Shown: positions 1 through 7,259, counted from the first letter of the stretch. The stretch: DNA of 15,914 nucleotides from Candidatus Iainarchaeum sp. (GCA_043812975.1 JBDRLP010000011.1:1-15914); one strand, 5' to 3'. A program made the numbers and translations. Notes: generated by a model from the sequence alone, not told the origin.

Positions 1-231
1 TTGTTTATCAAAATTCTCTGAAATCAGTTCAATAACATAAAAGCTTTTTTTGTGACCCATTCCAAGCATCATTACTTTTCCAATAGAATGAATCCTTGCA
101 ATAGTTCTCTTTGCTTTTGAACCCCAGCTTTTCACTACCCCAAGCTTTTCAGGGATTACATATTTGTAACCAAGAATTTCAGCAATTTCTTTGGATTTTA
201 AAGTCCAGGTTTCATCATACTCATACTTCAT
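1..231 (-). CDS. Predicted archaeal metallopeptidase (COG4900-like), N-terminal part; runs off the window start
   Basis: Not in the ORF track. Read by hand from the ATG at 231: MKYEYDETWTLKSKEIAEILGYKYVIPEKLGVVKSWGSKAKRTIARIHSIGKVMMLGMGHKKSFYVIELISENFDKQ, with no stop. The 'S.GSK...IARI' and 'YVIELISE.FD' motifs match the family that precedes an HExxH site, which would lie outside the window. Minus-strand TTTTATA at about 253-259. Confidence 0.75.
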   Translation of the reverse strand, partial: MKYEYDETWTLKSKEIAEILGYKYVIPEKLGVVKSWGSKAKRTIARIHSIGKVMMLGMGHKKSFYVIELISENFDKQ

Positions 232-318
232 GTTAAAAAAACAGCATTCAACTATAAAATATTTGCCCACGTAAGTTTTTTGCCTATTAGAGCAGGTTAA
301 GATAAACAGTGAATTTGA

Positions 319-954
319 ATGAACAAAAATGAAAAAATGCTCAAAGCCCTAGGGATTCTGAAAAAGCTTTATCCGACATCAGGAACTGCTTTGAAATCCA
401 GATCAGTATTCCAGCTAACTGTTTCAGTTATTCTTTCTGCGCAGTGTACTGATGTGCGCGTTAATATTGTTACAAAAGAATTATTCAAAAAATACAAAAC
501 CCCAAATGATTTTGTGAAAATTTCTCAAAAGGATCTGGAAAAAATTATTTACAGTACTGGCTTCTACAGAGCAAAAGCAAAAAACATTAAAGGAATGGCC
601 AAGCTTGTTCATGAAAAGTATAGTGATAAAGTTCCAAAAACAATGAAAGAACTCATTGAACTTCCAGGGGTTGCCCGTAAAACAGCTAATATTGTATTGA
701 GTGCAGGTTACGGGATTATCGACGGAATAGCAGTTGATACTCATGTGAAAAGGCTTTCAAATAGGTTGGGTTTTACTGTAAGTCAGAACCCTGAAATAAT
801 TGAAAGGGATTTAATGGAACTTGTTCCGAAAAAAGAATGGTGGAACCTTTCTAATATGCTGATCTGGCATGGGAGAAAGGTTTGCGATTCAAGAAAACCA
901 AAATGTTCTGAATGCGAGCTGAATAAGCTCTGTCCGAGTGCGTTTAAAGTATGA
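319..954 (+). CDS. nth: Endonuclease III (HhH-GPD DNA glycosylase/AP lyase, 4Fe-4S)
   Basis: ILSAQCTD, HhH motif LPGVARKTAN, IAVDTHV, and C-terminal Cx6Cx2Cx5C (CDSRKPKCSECELNKLC). Confidence 0.96.
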   Translation: MNKNEKMLKALGILKKLYPTSGTALKSRSVFQLTVSVILSAQCTDVRVNIVTKELFKKYKTPNDFVKISQKDLEKIIYSTGFYRAKAKNIKGMAKLVHEKYSDKVPKTMKELIELPGVARKTANIVLSAGYGIIDGIAVDTHVKRLSNRLGFTVSQNPEIIERDLMELVPKKEWWNLSNMLIWHGRKVCDSRKPKCSECELNKLCPSAFKV

Positions 955-970
955 TTCTGGCATCGGCACC

Positions 971-978
971 TATAAATA
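971..978 (+). promoter_or_regulatory. TATA box of a probably leaderless transcript for the 1001 ORF
   Basis: TATAAATA lies 23-30 nt upstream of ATG 1001; no SD motif in between. Confidence 0.65.
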
Positions 979-1000
979 GCGCCTAAAACTACTTTTTTAT

Positions 1001-2377
1001 ATGGTAAATAACCCTAGGAACAAGGCCAAACACAGAGAAAAGGTAAGGAGATTGACAAGACTTGCTGTTCCGAGAACGAAAAAAGATTTTGTAGTAAGGA
1101 TCGCATCAGCAGGAACTGTTGGTGCGGTTGTTGGAAGTGGGATAAAATATCACTGGTCAGTGAAAAAAGCTGAGAAAGATTTAATGACAACACAAGCTTT
1201 TTTGAGGCATACTAAAATATCACCTCTTGAAAGGGAACTTGATTCTTTAAGAGCAGAACGGGAAAAAGTACTAAATTTTAACAATCCTCTCGATCCTCCT
1301 ATTGATGCACTTGTAGAACAAATTGAGGCCTTTATCAAAAGTAAAGGTCTTACTCCGACAACTACAAAAGTAGGGGTTAATGTTGAGACTAACAAAGTGG
1401 ATATTGTTCTTAAGAAACCAGAGGAATTTTCCAGTCTTCCTGATAATCATCCAAAAGTAATTCAATTATTGGCAGAAGTGGACAAGGAAGTTGTTGCCCC
1501 TCATATTGGAAACCTGCTTCAAGTTTCAAAAAGTATGACTGCTGAACGCCTAACCGCTTTTGCCCAAAGTAAACAAAAAAAGCTTGCGGAACTTTCTGAA
1601 AGAATTAATGAGACGCAGGTAAAACTTTCTAACCAGAGACAATCAGTAGCAAATAAAATTCAATCAACTAAATCCAATCAAAGTCATTTAGGTCCTATAG
1701 CCAAAGGTGCTGCTGTTGGTGCAGGAATACCAAGCACACTTATTGGTGCGACAGTTCTTGGCACTGCCATTGTAAGAGGGATTAAAAACATTGTTCCGCG
1801 GTTAAGAAGAATTCGAAGAAAAAAATCTGTGCAGGAATTGCGACCAGTACAACCTAAACCTCAAACTAATGCAGCGTTACCAACTATTACAACCTCAAGA
1901 CCAGTAAGGCATGCTGCTCCACAAGTACAACTTGTTGTTCGAAGTAGAAAAAGAAGAACACCTGTTCCTGAAGAAAGAAAAACTGAACCTCGTAAACCTC
2001 ATGTAGAACCAAGAGCAGTTAATCTGAATACTAGAATAAGGCCTGTTCTTGCAGAATTTGGAAACAGTTTGACAGGAACTAATAGACCACTTTATCAGGC
2101 TAATAGTAAAGAAGTAAGAAGAATGGCTATTAGTATGTTGCAAGAACTTAGTGTTGGAGGACGTAGGAGAAATATGCTTCATGTAAGTTTAGTTAGAATG
2201 GCAAAAACAAAGCCGCATCTTGAGGGTATGGCATACGAATTAATCAAATTTTTCAAGAAAAAAGAAATCATAAGAGTTTATGATATTTCAAGAGGAGGGG
2301 GAGGTGAAACAATTCAGCTTAATTTTGATAATTCTTTTGTAATTGCGTTTAGTGGTTTAGGAAAAAGGCGAAAGTAA
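1001..2377 (+). CDS. Orphan membrane/coiled-coil protein: basic N-terminus, two Gly-rich hydrophobic segments, basic Pro-rich linker, possible C-terminal winged-helix-like domain
   Basis: 458-aa ORF with its own TATA box. Hydrophobic segments IASAGTVGAVVGSGI and IAKGAAVGAGIPSTLIGATVLGTAIV, with heptad-like Q/K/L stretches between them. No family recognised. Confidence 0.75.
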   Translation: MVNNPRNKAKHREKVRRLTRLAVPRTKKDFVVRIASAGTVGAVVGSGIKYHWSVKKAEKDLMTTQAFLRHTKISPLERELDSLRAEREKVLNFNNPLDPPIDALVEQIEAFIKSKGLTPTTTKVGVNVETNKVDIVLKKPEEFSSLPDNHPKVIQLLAEVDKEVVAPHIGNLLQVSKSMTAERLTAFAQSKQKKLAELSERINETQVKLSNQRQSVANKIQSTKSNQSHLGPIAKGAAVGAGIPSTLIGATVLGTAIVRGIKNIVPRLRRIRRKKSVQELRPVQPKPQTNAALPTITTSRPVRHAAPQVQLVVRSRKRRTPVPEERKTEPRKPHVEPRAVNLNTRIRPVLAEFGNSLTGTNRPLYQANSKEVRRMAISMLQELSVGGRRRNMLHVSLVRMAKTKPHLEGMAYELIKFFKKKEIIRVYDISRGGGGETIQLNFDNSFVIAFSGLGKRRK

Positions 2378-2433
2378 TCTTTAAATATTATGCAAAATAA
2401 TTTAATGAGAGTTGAATGGTAAAAAAATTGTAA

Positions 2434-3066
2434 ATGGTGCGTGATATGGTATTCAGACGAAAATTGGTCAGACCTCTTGAAGAACATGAATCTAATGCTT
2501 TTTGGACTGCTCATGAGATGGGTAAGTTTGAGACTCAAGAACGGGTATTGGATTCTACTCATAGAGCTGGTCAAAGAGTGGTGAATGTAAGACGCGGGGT
2601 TTTAGGCACAGTCAGAGATTTTGCATCTAAATTAAATCTTAGAATATATGTTGCTATTGCAAGGGCGGTTGAAGAAGTTGCTAAGAAAGGGTCGTTCAAA
2701 ACATTTGATTTAATTCCTCTGGAAATATTATCTGTTCAGGCAAAAAGGGGAAGGCTTCTTGAACGTGTTTACCCTTCACCAAATTTGTTCCAGGTGAAAG
2801 AATATTTGAAATCTTCGAAAGTCCAGTCAAGATATCATGATTTTTTTCTAAAGCGATTTAAAGAATGGGGTATTTCAAAAGAGGAATTATTGGAAAAATT
2901 AACTGCTTTCGAAAGGAATTTTTCAGGAGTTCTTAAAGAACATGGTATTAATTATGATCCTAATGAGGCAAACATACTTCTTCATGATTATGATCCAAAA
3001 ACAGGCAGATTTTTGGTTTCTCTGACAGACTATGTGTATGAAGATCCTCATAAGCCAATGAGCTGA
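2434..3066 (+). CDS. Hypothetical protein with a degenerate protein-kinase-like (PKL) C-lobe; start may be ATG 2446
   Basis: LKEHGINYDPNEANILL resembles the catalytic loop (HxD-x4-N-IL) and is followed by VSLTDY, resembling VKLIDF. GGTG/GTGA lies just before ATG 2446. TTTAAATA near 2380-2387. Confidence 0.6.
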   Translation: MVRDMVFRRKLVRPLEEHESNAFWTAHEMGKFETQERVLDSTHRAGQRVVNVRRGVLGTVRDFASKLNLRIYVAIARAVEEVAKKGSFKTFDLIPLEILSVQAKRGRLLERVYPSPNLFQVKEYLKSSKVQSRYHDFFLKRFKEWGISKEELLEKLTAFERNFSGVLKEHGINYDPNEANILLHDYDPKTGRFLVSLTDYVYEDPHKPMS

Positions 3067-3112
3067 TTTATTTTCGGCTGAAGACGAACTATTCTGCTTT
3101 TGAATCAATAAC

Positions 3113-3136
3113 TTTATATAAGTTAACGATTGTTAA
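3113..3136 (+). promoter_or_regulatory. TATA box followed by a palindromic operator-like site
   Basis: TTTATATA at 3113-3120, 23-30 nt upstream of ATG 3143, then the inverted repeat TTAAC-GATT-GTTAA at 3123-3136. Confidence 0.55.
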
Positions 3137-3142
3137 TAAAAT

Positions 3143-3700
3143 ATGGAAAAACAAGAACAAAAAGGAAAAATAAACCAAGAAATGAATATAGGCGAGGTTG
3201 TTGCGGAGTATCCTGAAACAGCTGAGATAATGACTGGTTATGGTTTACACTGTATAGGTTGCCATGTGAGTCCTTACGAAACCATTCAGCAGGGTTGCCT
3301 TGGACATGGAATGACTCAGGAAACCATTGAGGAGATGATTAAGGAAATGAACGAAGCAGTAGAAGGCCATGAAGAAAAAGAAATTAATCTTAGTGAATCA
3401 GCTGCAAAAAAGTTTACTGAACTAATGAAAAAAGAAGGCAAGGAAGGGTGGGGCTTAAAATTTACTATTACTCCCGGCGGTTGTTCTGGTTATACTTATG
3501 AAATGGATTTTGCTGAAAAGCCAGAGAAGAACGATAAAGTAATTGAGGAAAAAGGAATGCAAGTTTTTGTTGAAAAAGAAATTATTCCGCAAATTAAAGG
3601 TGTAAGAATTGATTACACTGATGGTTTGCAAGGGGCTGGTTTTAAGATTTCAAATCCGAATGCTGAAAATACCTGCGGTTGCGGAAAATCCTTTCACTAA
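3143..3700 (+). CDS. DUF1858 (redox-disulfide) domain fused to an A-type Fe-S carrier (HesB/IscA family)
   Basis: N-terminal half I..EMNIGEVV.EYPET.EI...YGLHCIGC...ETI..G...HG (DUF1858). C-terminal half GGCSG ... NPNA..TCGCGKSF (IscA/SufA/ErpA cysteine motifs). Confidence 0.9.
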   Translation: MEKQEQKGKINQEMNIGEVVAEYPETAEIMTGYGLHCIGCHVSPYETIQQGCLGHGMTQETIEEMIKEMNEAVEGHEEKEINLSESAAKKFTELMKKEGKEGWGLKFTITPGGCSGYTYEMDFAEKPEKNDKVIEEKGMQVFVEKEIIPQIKGVRIDYTDGLQGAGFKISNPNAENTCGCGKSFH

Positions 3701-3772
3701 CCAATATAAAACTGTTTTAAGTAGCTTGAATTGTTTTAAAAGCATTACTTGATTTATTGGTTTAGTGGTAAA

Positions 3773-4468
3773 ATGAAGCAAAAAATGAAAATTGTGAAAA
3801 TAACCAAAGAAACACACGATACAAAAACTCTTTCTTTTCAGGGTACTGAAAAAATGGATTTTAAACCAGGCCAGTTTCTTATGGTAGAATTTTTAAAGGA
3901 AGAAAAAATACCAAAAAGATCTTATTCGATTTCTTCTTCTCCTACAAGAAATGAAACAGTGGAAATTACTGTTAGGGAACTTCCTGAGGGTTGGGTTTCT
4001 AAATTATTAAACGAGTGTAAAGAAAATGAGGAATTATTGATTGATGGTCCTTATGGGCATTTTATTTTTGATGAAAAAAAAATGAAAGAAATAGTAATGG
4101 TTGGTGCAGGTTCCGGGATAGCTCCGTTCAGGTGTTTTTGTCATTATATTATTGATAAAAAAATCCCGATTAAAGCAACTCTTGTTTACAGCAGCAAAAT
4201 TGAGAAAGATATTATTTTTCACAAGCAATTGAAAGAATTTGAGAAACAAATTGAAGGTCTAGATTTAATACTTACTTTAACCCGTGAGAAAAAAAAAGGA
4301 TTCCGAAGCGGCAGAATTGATGATGTAATGATTAAAGAAATTATTGCAAAACACAATGACCCTTACTTTTTCTTATGTGGCCCTCCCAAAATGGTTCAAG
4401 AAGTAAAAGAAATAATTCTTACTAATGGAATAAATAAGGAAAAAGTAAAACAGGAAGTTTACGGTTGA
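3773..4468 (+). CDS. FAD/NAD(P)-binding oxidoreductase, ferredoxin-NADP+ reductase superfamily
   Basis: FKPGQF, RSYSISS, DGPYG, GAGSGIAPF, LCGPP and C-terminal EVYG. ATG 3773 is preferred to TTG 3749. Confidence 0.92.
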   Translation: MKQKMKIVKITKETHDTKTLSFQGTEKMDFKPGQFLMVEFLKEEKIPKRSYSISSSPTRNETVEITVRELPEGWVSKLLNECKENEELLIDGPYGHFIFDEKKMKEIVMVGAGSGIAPFRCFCHYIIDKKIPIKATLVYSSKIEKDIIFHKQLKEFEKQIEGLDLILTLTREKKKGFRSGRIDDVMIKEIIAKHNDPYFFLCGPPKMVQEVKEIILTNGINKEKVKQEVYG

Positions 4469-4485
4469 AACCATAATAACAACCA

Positions 4486-4495
4486 ATAAATATAA
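4486..4495 (+). promoter_or_regulatory. TATA-like box upstream of the sigma-like gene
   Basis: ATAAATATAA lies 19-28 nt upstream of ATG 4514; no SD. Confidence 0.55.
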
Positions 4496-4513
4496 CATTT
4501 CCGTTTCTTTTTT

Positions 4514-5206
4514 ATGCCAACAAAAAGTGGAATTGCGAGGGGAAAACAAGGCAGAGTCAGAGCACGAGAACTCGCTAGACAAGGAAGAATCAGTGCACGA
4601 GAACTTGCAAGAAACAATGGGCAAAGACGCTTCAAAAAAAGGCTGGAAGGCACATCTCCTGGCTCAATCCATGTGCAACTTGATGCTGCAGTTATGCCGC
4701 TTTTTCGTAAACTAAAAAGTTATAAACCAGAAGCGTATGCCGCGCGGCAAAGAATAAGGAATGAAATCGCTTTGGCTTCGCAAAAGGTCATTAGCAGAAC
4801 TGCAGATCTTGTGTGGGCTAAAGTAGATGGGGATCTTGGAAAAAAAGTTTCTCCAGCAATTTATAAGACTGACCTTGCTCAATTAGGATTTGAAAAAGCA
4901 TTGAGATATGTCATTCCAAAATATAGACCTGATGGCGGTTCTAAGTATTCATCTTATCTTATTAATTCATTAAGAAGGAGTTTAAATGATGCACTTGCCA
5001 GAGAACACCCTGCCCTCCGCAGACCAACTCGTTATAATTCTATACTCGAAAGAGTGTTTGTTCTGAATTTATTTATTGCAGAAAAAAGAAGACCTCCAAA
5101 AAATACGAAGAATTCACAAATTTTTTTAATGCAAGAAGGAAAAAACAAGGAAGGGGAACTGTTAAAGAAGTTCCAATTCCGCCTGAAGAACAAGTATTTG
5201 CTATAA
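4514..5206 (+). CDS. Sigma-70-family-like protein, N-terminal part (basic leader plus region 2); continues in the -1 frame
   Basis: DLAQLG..ALRYVIPKYRPDGGSKYSSYLINSLRRSLNDALARE..ALRRP aligns by eye with sigma-70 regions 2.2-2.4/3.0 (DLIQEG..GLMKAVDKF...RGYKFSTYATWWIRQAITR.IADQ..TIRIP). Confidence 0.75.
   Translation: MPTKSGIARGKQGRVRARELARQGRISARELARNNGQRRFKKRLEGTSPGSIHVQLDAAVMPLFRKLKSYKPEAYAARQRIRNEIALASQKVISRTADLVWAKVDGDLGKKVSPAIYKTDLAQLGFEKALRYVIPKYRPDGGSKYSSYLINSLRRSLNDALAREHPALRRPTRYNSILERVFVLNLFIAEKRRPPKNTKNSQIFLMQEGKNKEGELLKKFQFRLKNKYLL
4547..4612 (+). repeat. Two 33-nt in-frame tandem repeats (QGRVRARELAR / QGRISARELAR)
   Basis: 4547-4579 versus 4580-4612: 28/33 identical, with 3 of the 5 differences synonymous. 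Confidence 0.9.
5098..5180 (+). other. Candidate -1 frameshift cassette (or single-base indel) joining the two sigma-like ORFs
   Basis: In-frame heptamers A_AAA_AAT (5098-5104), T_TTT_TTA (5122-5128) and A_AAA_AAC (5140-5146). Hairpin GGAACT (5155-5160)/AGTTCC (5169-5174). The -1 frame is open from 5038 to 5520. Confidence 0.5.
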
Positions 5207-5229
5207 AGAATACTACTAAAGGTTATAGT

Positions 5230-5520
5230 ATGGATAATCCTGAGGTTGGTTCCCTTCCAAAAGGATTGAACAAATATGCAAGAGTTGATAACCGAGGAAG
5301 AACCAGTCGCATGGATTTGAGAAGCGTTCTTTCAGAAGCTATTGATGGGTTGTCTGGAAAACCTAGAATAATATTGCGTGCTTCTCTTGATAATCCTGAT
5401 ATGGGGTCTGGGCAACTAGCAAAAAGTTTAGGTGTTAGCACTGAAGCGATTAGACAGGCACGTATAAAAGGGCTTAAAATCATAAGAAAAAGACACCCTG
5501 AACTTCGTGAATATTTGTAA
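5230..5520 (+). CDS. Sigma-70 region 4 (HTH)-like C-terminal part; reading frame open from 5038
   Basis: LRSVLSEAIDGLSGKPRIILR....GQLAKSLGVSTEAIRQARIKGLKIIRKRHPELREYL matches the region 4.1/4.2 pattern (L..L..L..RE..VL....EVG..F.VTRERIRQIE.KALRKLRHP). Confidence 0.75.
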   Translation: MDNPEVGSLPKGLNKYARVDNRGRTSRMDLRSVLSEAIDGLSGKPRIILRASLDNPDMGSGQLAKSLGVSTEAIRQARIKGLKIIRKRHPELREYL

Positions 5521-5566
5521 CAGAAACAAATATTAACTATTTTTCACTTCATTTTGTTTGATTTAA

Positions 5567-6130
5567 ATGGATAAGAATGAATCAAAAAGAATTATTGAAG
5601 CAGCTTTGTTTACTTCTCCTGGTTCTGTTGAAATAAGAGAACTGGCTAAGATTACAAATTCTAATGTTGCTGAGATAAGGGTTATTGTGAATGAACTAAT
5701 TCATGATTATGAAGCCAAGAACACTTCTTTAGAAATCAGAAGTGATTCTGAAGGAATTCGCATGGCGATAAAAGAAAAATATGAGGAATACGTAAGTCAC
5801 ATGGCGGCTTCTCCTGAATTACACAAAGGAATAATGAAAACACTTGCCTACATTGCTTACAAACAACCAGTAAAACAATCTGAAGTAATTAATTTCAGAA
5901 ACTCAAAAGCTTATGAACACATAAAAGTTCTGAAAGAAAAAGGATTCATAAAAAAAGACAAGAAAGGAATCACTTACATTATAAGTACAACTGTCAAATT
6001 CAAAGAATACTTTGGAAAAGACTTAAAGAGTACAGGCTCTGAAACAAAAATAGAAGTTCCAAGTGTTGAAACTGAAGAAAATAATGTTGAAGAAAAAGAA
6101 AATACTAATGAAGAAATTAACTCTTCATAA
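5567..6130 (+). CDS. scpB: SMC-Scp complex subunit ScpB
   Basis: IIEAALF, MKTLAYIAYKQPV..SE, R....YEHIK.L.EKGFI, TT.KF.EYFG; acidic tail. Confidence 0.93.
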   Translation: MDKNESKRIIEAALFTSPGSVEIRELAKITNSNVAEIRVIVNELIHDYEAKNTSLEIRSDSEGIRMAIKEKYEEYVSHMAASPELHKGIMKTLAYIAYKQPVKQSEVINFRNSKAYEHIKVLKEKGFIKKDKKGITYIISTTVKFKEYFGKDLKSTGSETKIEVPSVETEENNVEEKENTNEEINSS

Positions 6131-6599
6131 TATTTTTGTTTGAATTTATTTTTTTTAATCTTATTTCAAGTACGCCATTGTTCAAAACTGTTTTCAAACT
6201 GTCTTCGTTTACTTTAGTTGGAAAATTAATTTTTTTCAAAAACTTTTTGGATTCATGACTTGAAATAATCAAAGCATAATCTAGAACTTTTATATCGATA
6301 CTTTTAATTGGAATCGAGTTTGTTTCAACAACTATCAAAAATTCTTTTGGGAATTCTATAAGATCAACTAAAGGAACTCCTTCTTTTACAGGAGATTTTT
6401 TTTCTTTCAGCAAACCATATTCGTTAATCTGAATACTTCCATTGTCATCTAAAGAAACAGTAAAACCTATTTGCACTGGTTTAGAAAAATCAAGTTCATC
6501 TTCCTGAAAAGTTTCAAGAAGTTCTTCAAATAATTCTTCCATTGTTTCGAAATCGATTTCTTGACTTTCGGTTGTATTCTTTTTTTTCCATTGAACCAT
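6117..6599 (-). CDS. Divergent archaeal Hsp20/alpha-crystallin family protein
   Basis: GF.V.L...G..I.E.G, PLVDLIE, and C-terminal LNNGVLEIRL.K. Lies 9 nt downstream of rnhB. Confidence 0.82.
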   Translation of the reverse strand: MVQWKKKNTTESQEIDFETMEELFEELLETFQEDELDFSKPVQIGFTVSLDDNGSIQINEYGLLKEKKSPVKEGVPLVDLIEFPKEFLIVVETNSIPIKSIDIKVLDYALIISSHESKKFLKKINFPTKVNEDSLKTVLNNGVLEIRLKKINSNKNIMKS

Positions 6600-6608
6600 A
6601 TAATCCCT

Positions 6609-7259
6609 TCATATTAATTTTGTCTGAAACTTCTCATCTTGCAGGTTTTTAATTGTCTGCCAACTTTTCCTAACAAATGTTGGCAATACATTATGTTCAA
6701 ACAAATAATTCTTTAAAAACTTAATTGTTACAGCATCACCAGGGTACCCCGAACCTACATTACCAAATTTTACTGATAGTTTTTTAATTGCATCATCTCT
6801 TTCTACTTTCGCCAAAATTGATGCAGCAGAAACTATAGGATAATTAGAATCTGCCTTGTGTTCGGAAACAATTTTTAATGGAAAATTGATGTATTTTTTA
6901 ATGCGTTTGCCGAATTCTTCCATAACAACATCTGGAGAATCCACGTACACAACATCAGGCTTTGTTTTCAGCTTGTTGAGTAGTTTAGCTGCGTGTATTG
7001 CCTCTATTTCATTAAGGCTTTTCCTTAACATTAACTTATCAAGCTCTTCTGGTTCAGCATGAGTCGTGTGATATTCCTTAACAATCTTTTTTATTTCTAT
7101 AAATTGTCTTTCTCTTTCTTTTGGAGAGAGATCTTTAGAATCTTTTACTCCTAATTCAATTAGTTTTTCCTCATTCTTTTTTTCAATAAGCGTTACAGCC
7201 ATTACTAATGGTCCTAAGCAAGGGCCTCTTCCGGCTTCATCAATTCCAGCTATTAACAT
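6609..7259 (-). CDS. rnhB: Ribonuclease HII
   Basis: GIDEAGRGP, GVKDSK, HKADSNYPIVSAASILAKVERD, GSGYP; C-terminal PIP-like QTKL. Confidence 0.97.
   Translation of the reverse strand: MLIAGIDEAGRGPCLGPLVMAVTLIEKKNEEKLIELGVKDSKDLSPKERERQFIEIKKIVKEYHTTHAEPEELDKLMLRKSLNEIEAIHAAKLLNKLKTKPDVVYVDSPDVVMEEFGKRIKKYINFPLKIVSEHKADSNYPIVSAASILAKVERDDAIKKLSVKFGNVGSGYPGDAVTIKFLKNYLFEHNVLPTFVRKSWQTIKNLQDEKFQTKLI

Noticed and set aside
1073..1144. Canonical Tat signal in ORF 1001
   Set aside because: The motif has KK instead of RR and no clear cleavage site. It is kept only as a pseudo-Tat observation.
481..2574. Short minus-strand ORFs (481..744, 1150..1395, 1271..1465, 1895..2182, 2314..2574)
   Set aside because: Antisense shadows of longer + strand genes, with no motifs.
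4034..5483. Overlapping ORFs 4034..4249, 4373..4624, 4459..4653, 4527..4715 and 5223..5483
   Set aside because: They overlap better-supported genes. Their internal repeats only mirror the 33-nt duplication.
5230..5520. Independent small HTH gene starting at ATG 5230
   Set aside because: No clear SD or promoter. The frame is open about 190 nt further upstream and completes a colinear sigma domain order, so one split gene is the simpler reading, though an independent gene is not excluded.
5567..6130. scpB without adjacent scpA/smc as a novel system
   Set aside because: scpB is often unlinked from smc-scpA in archaea, and the partners may lie outside the window.
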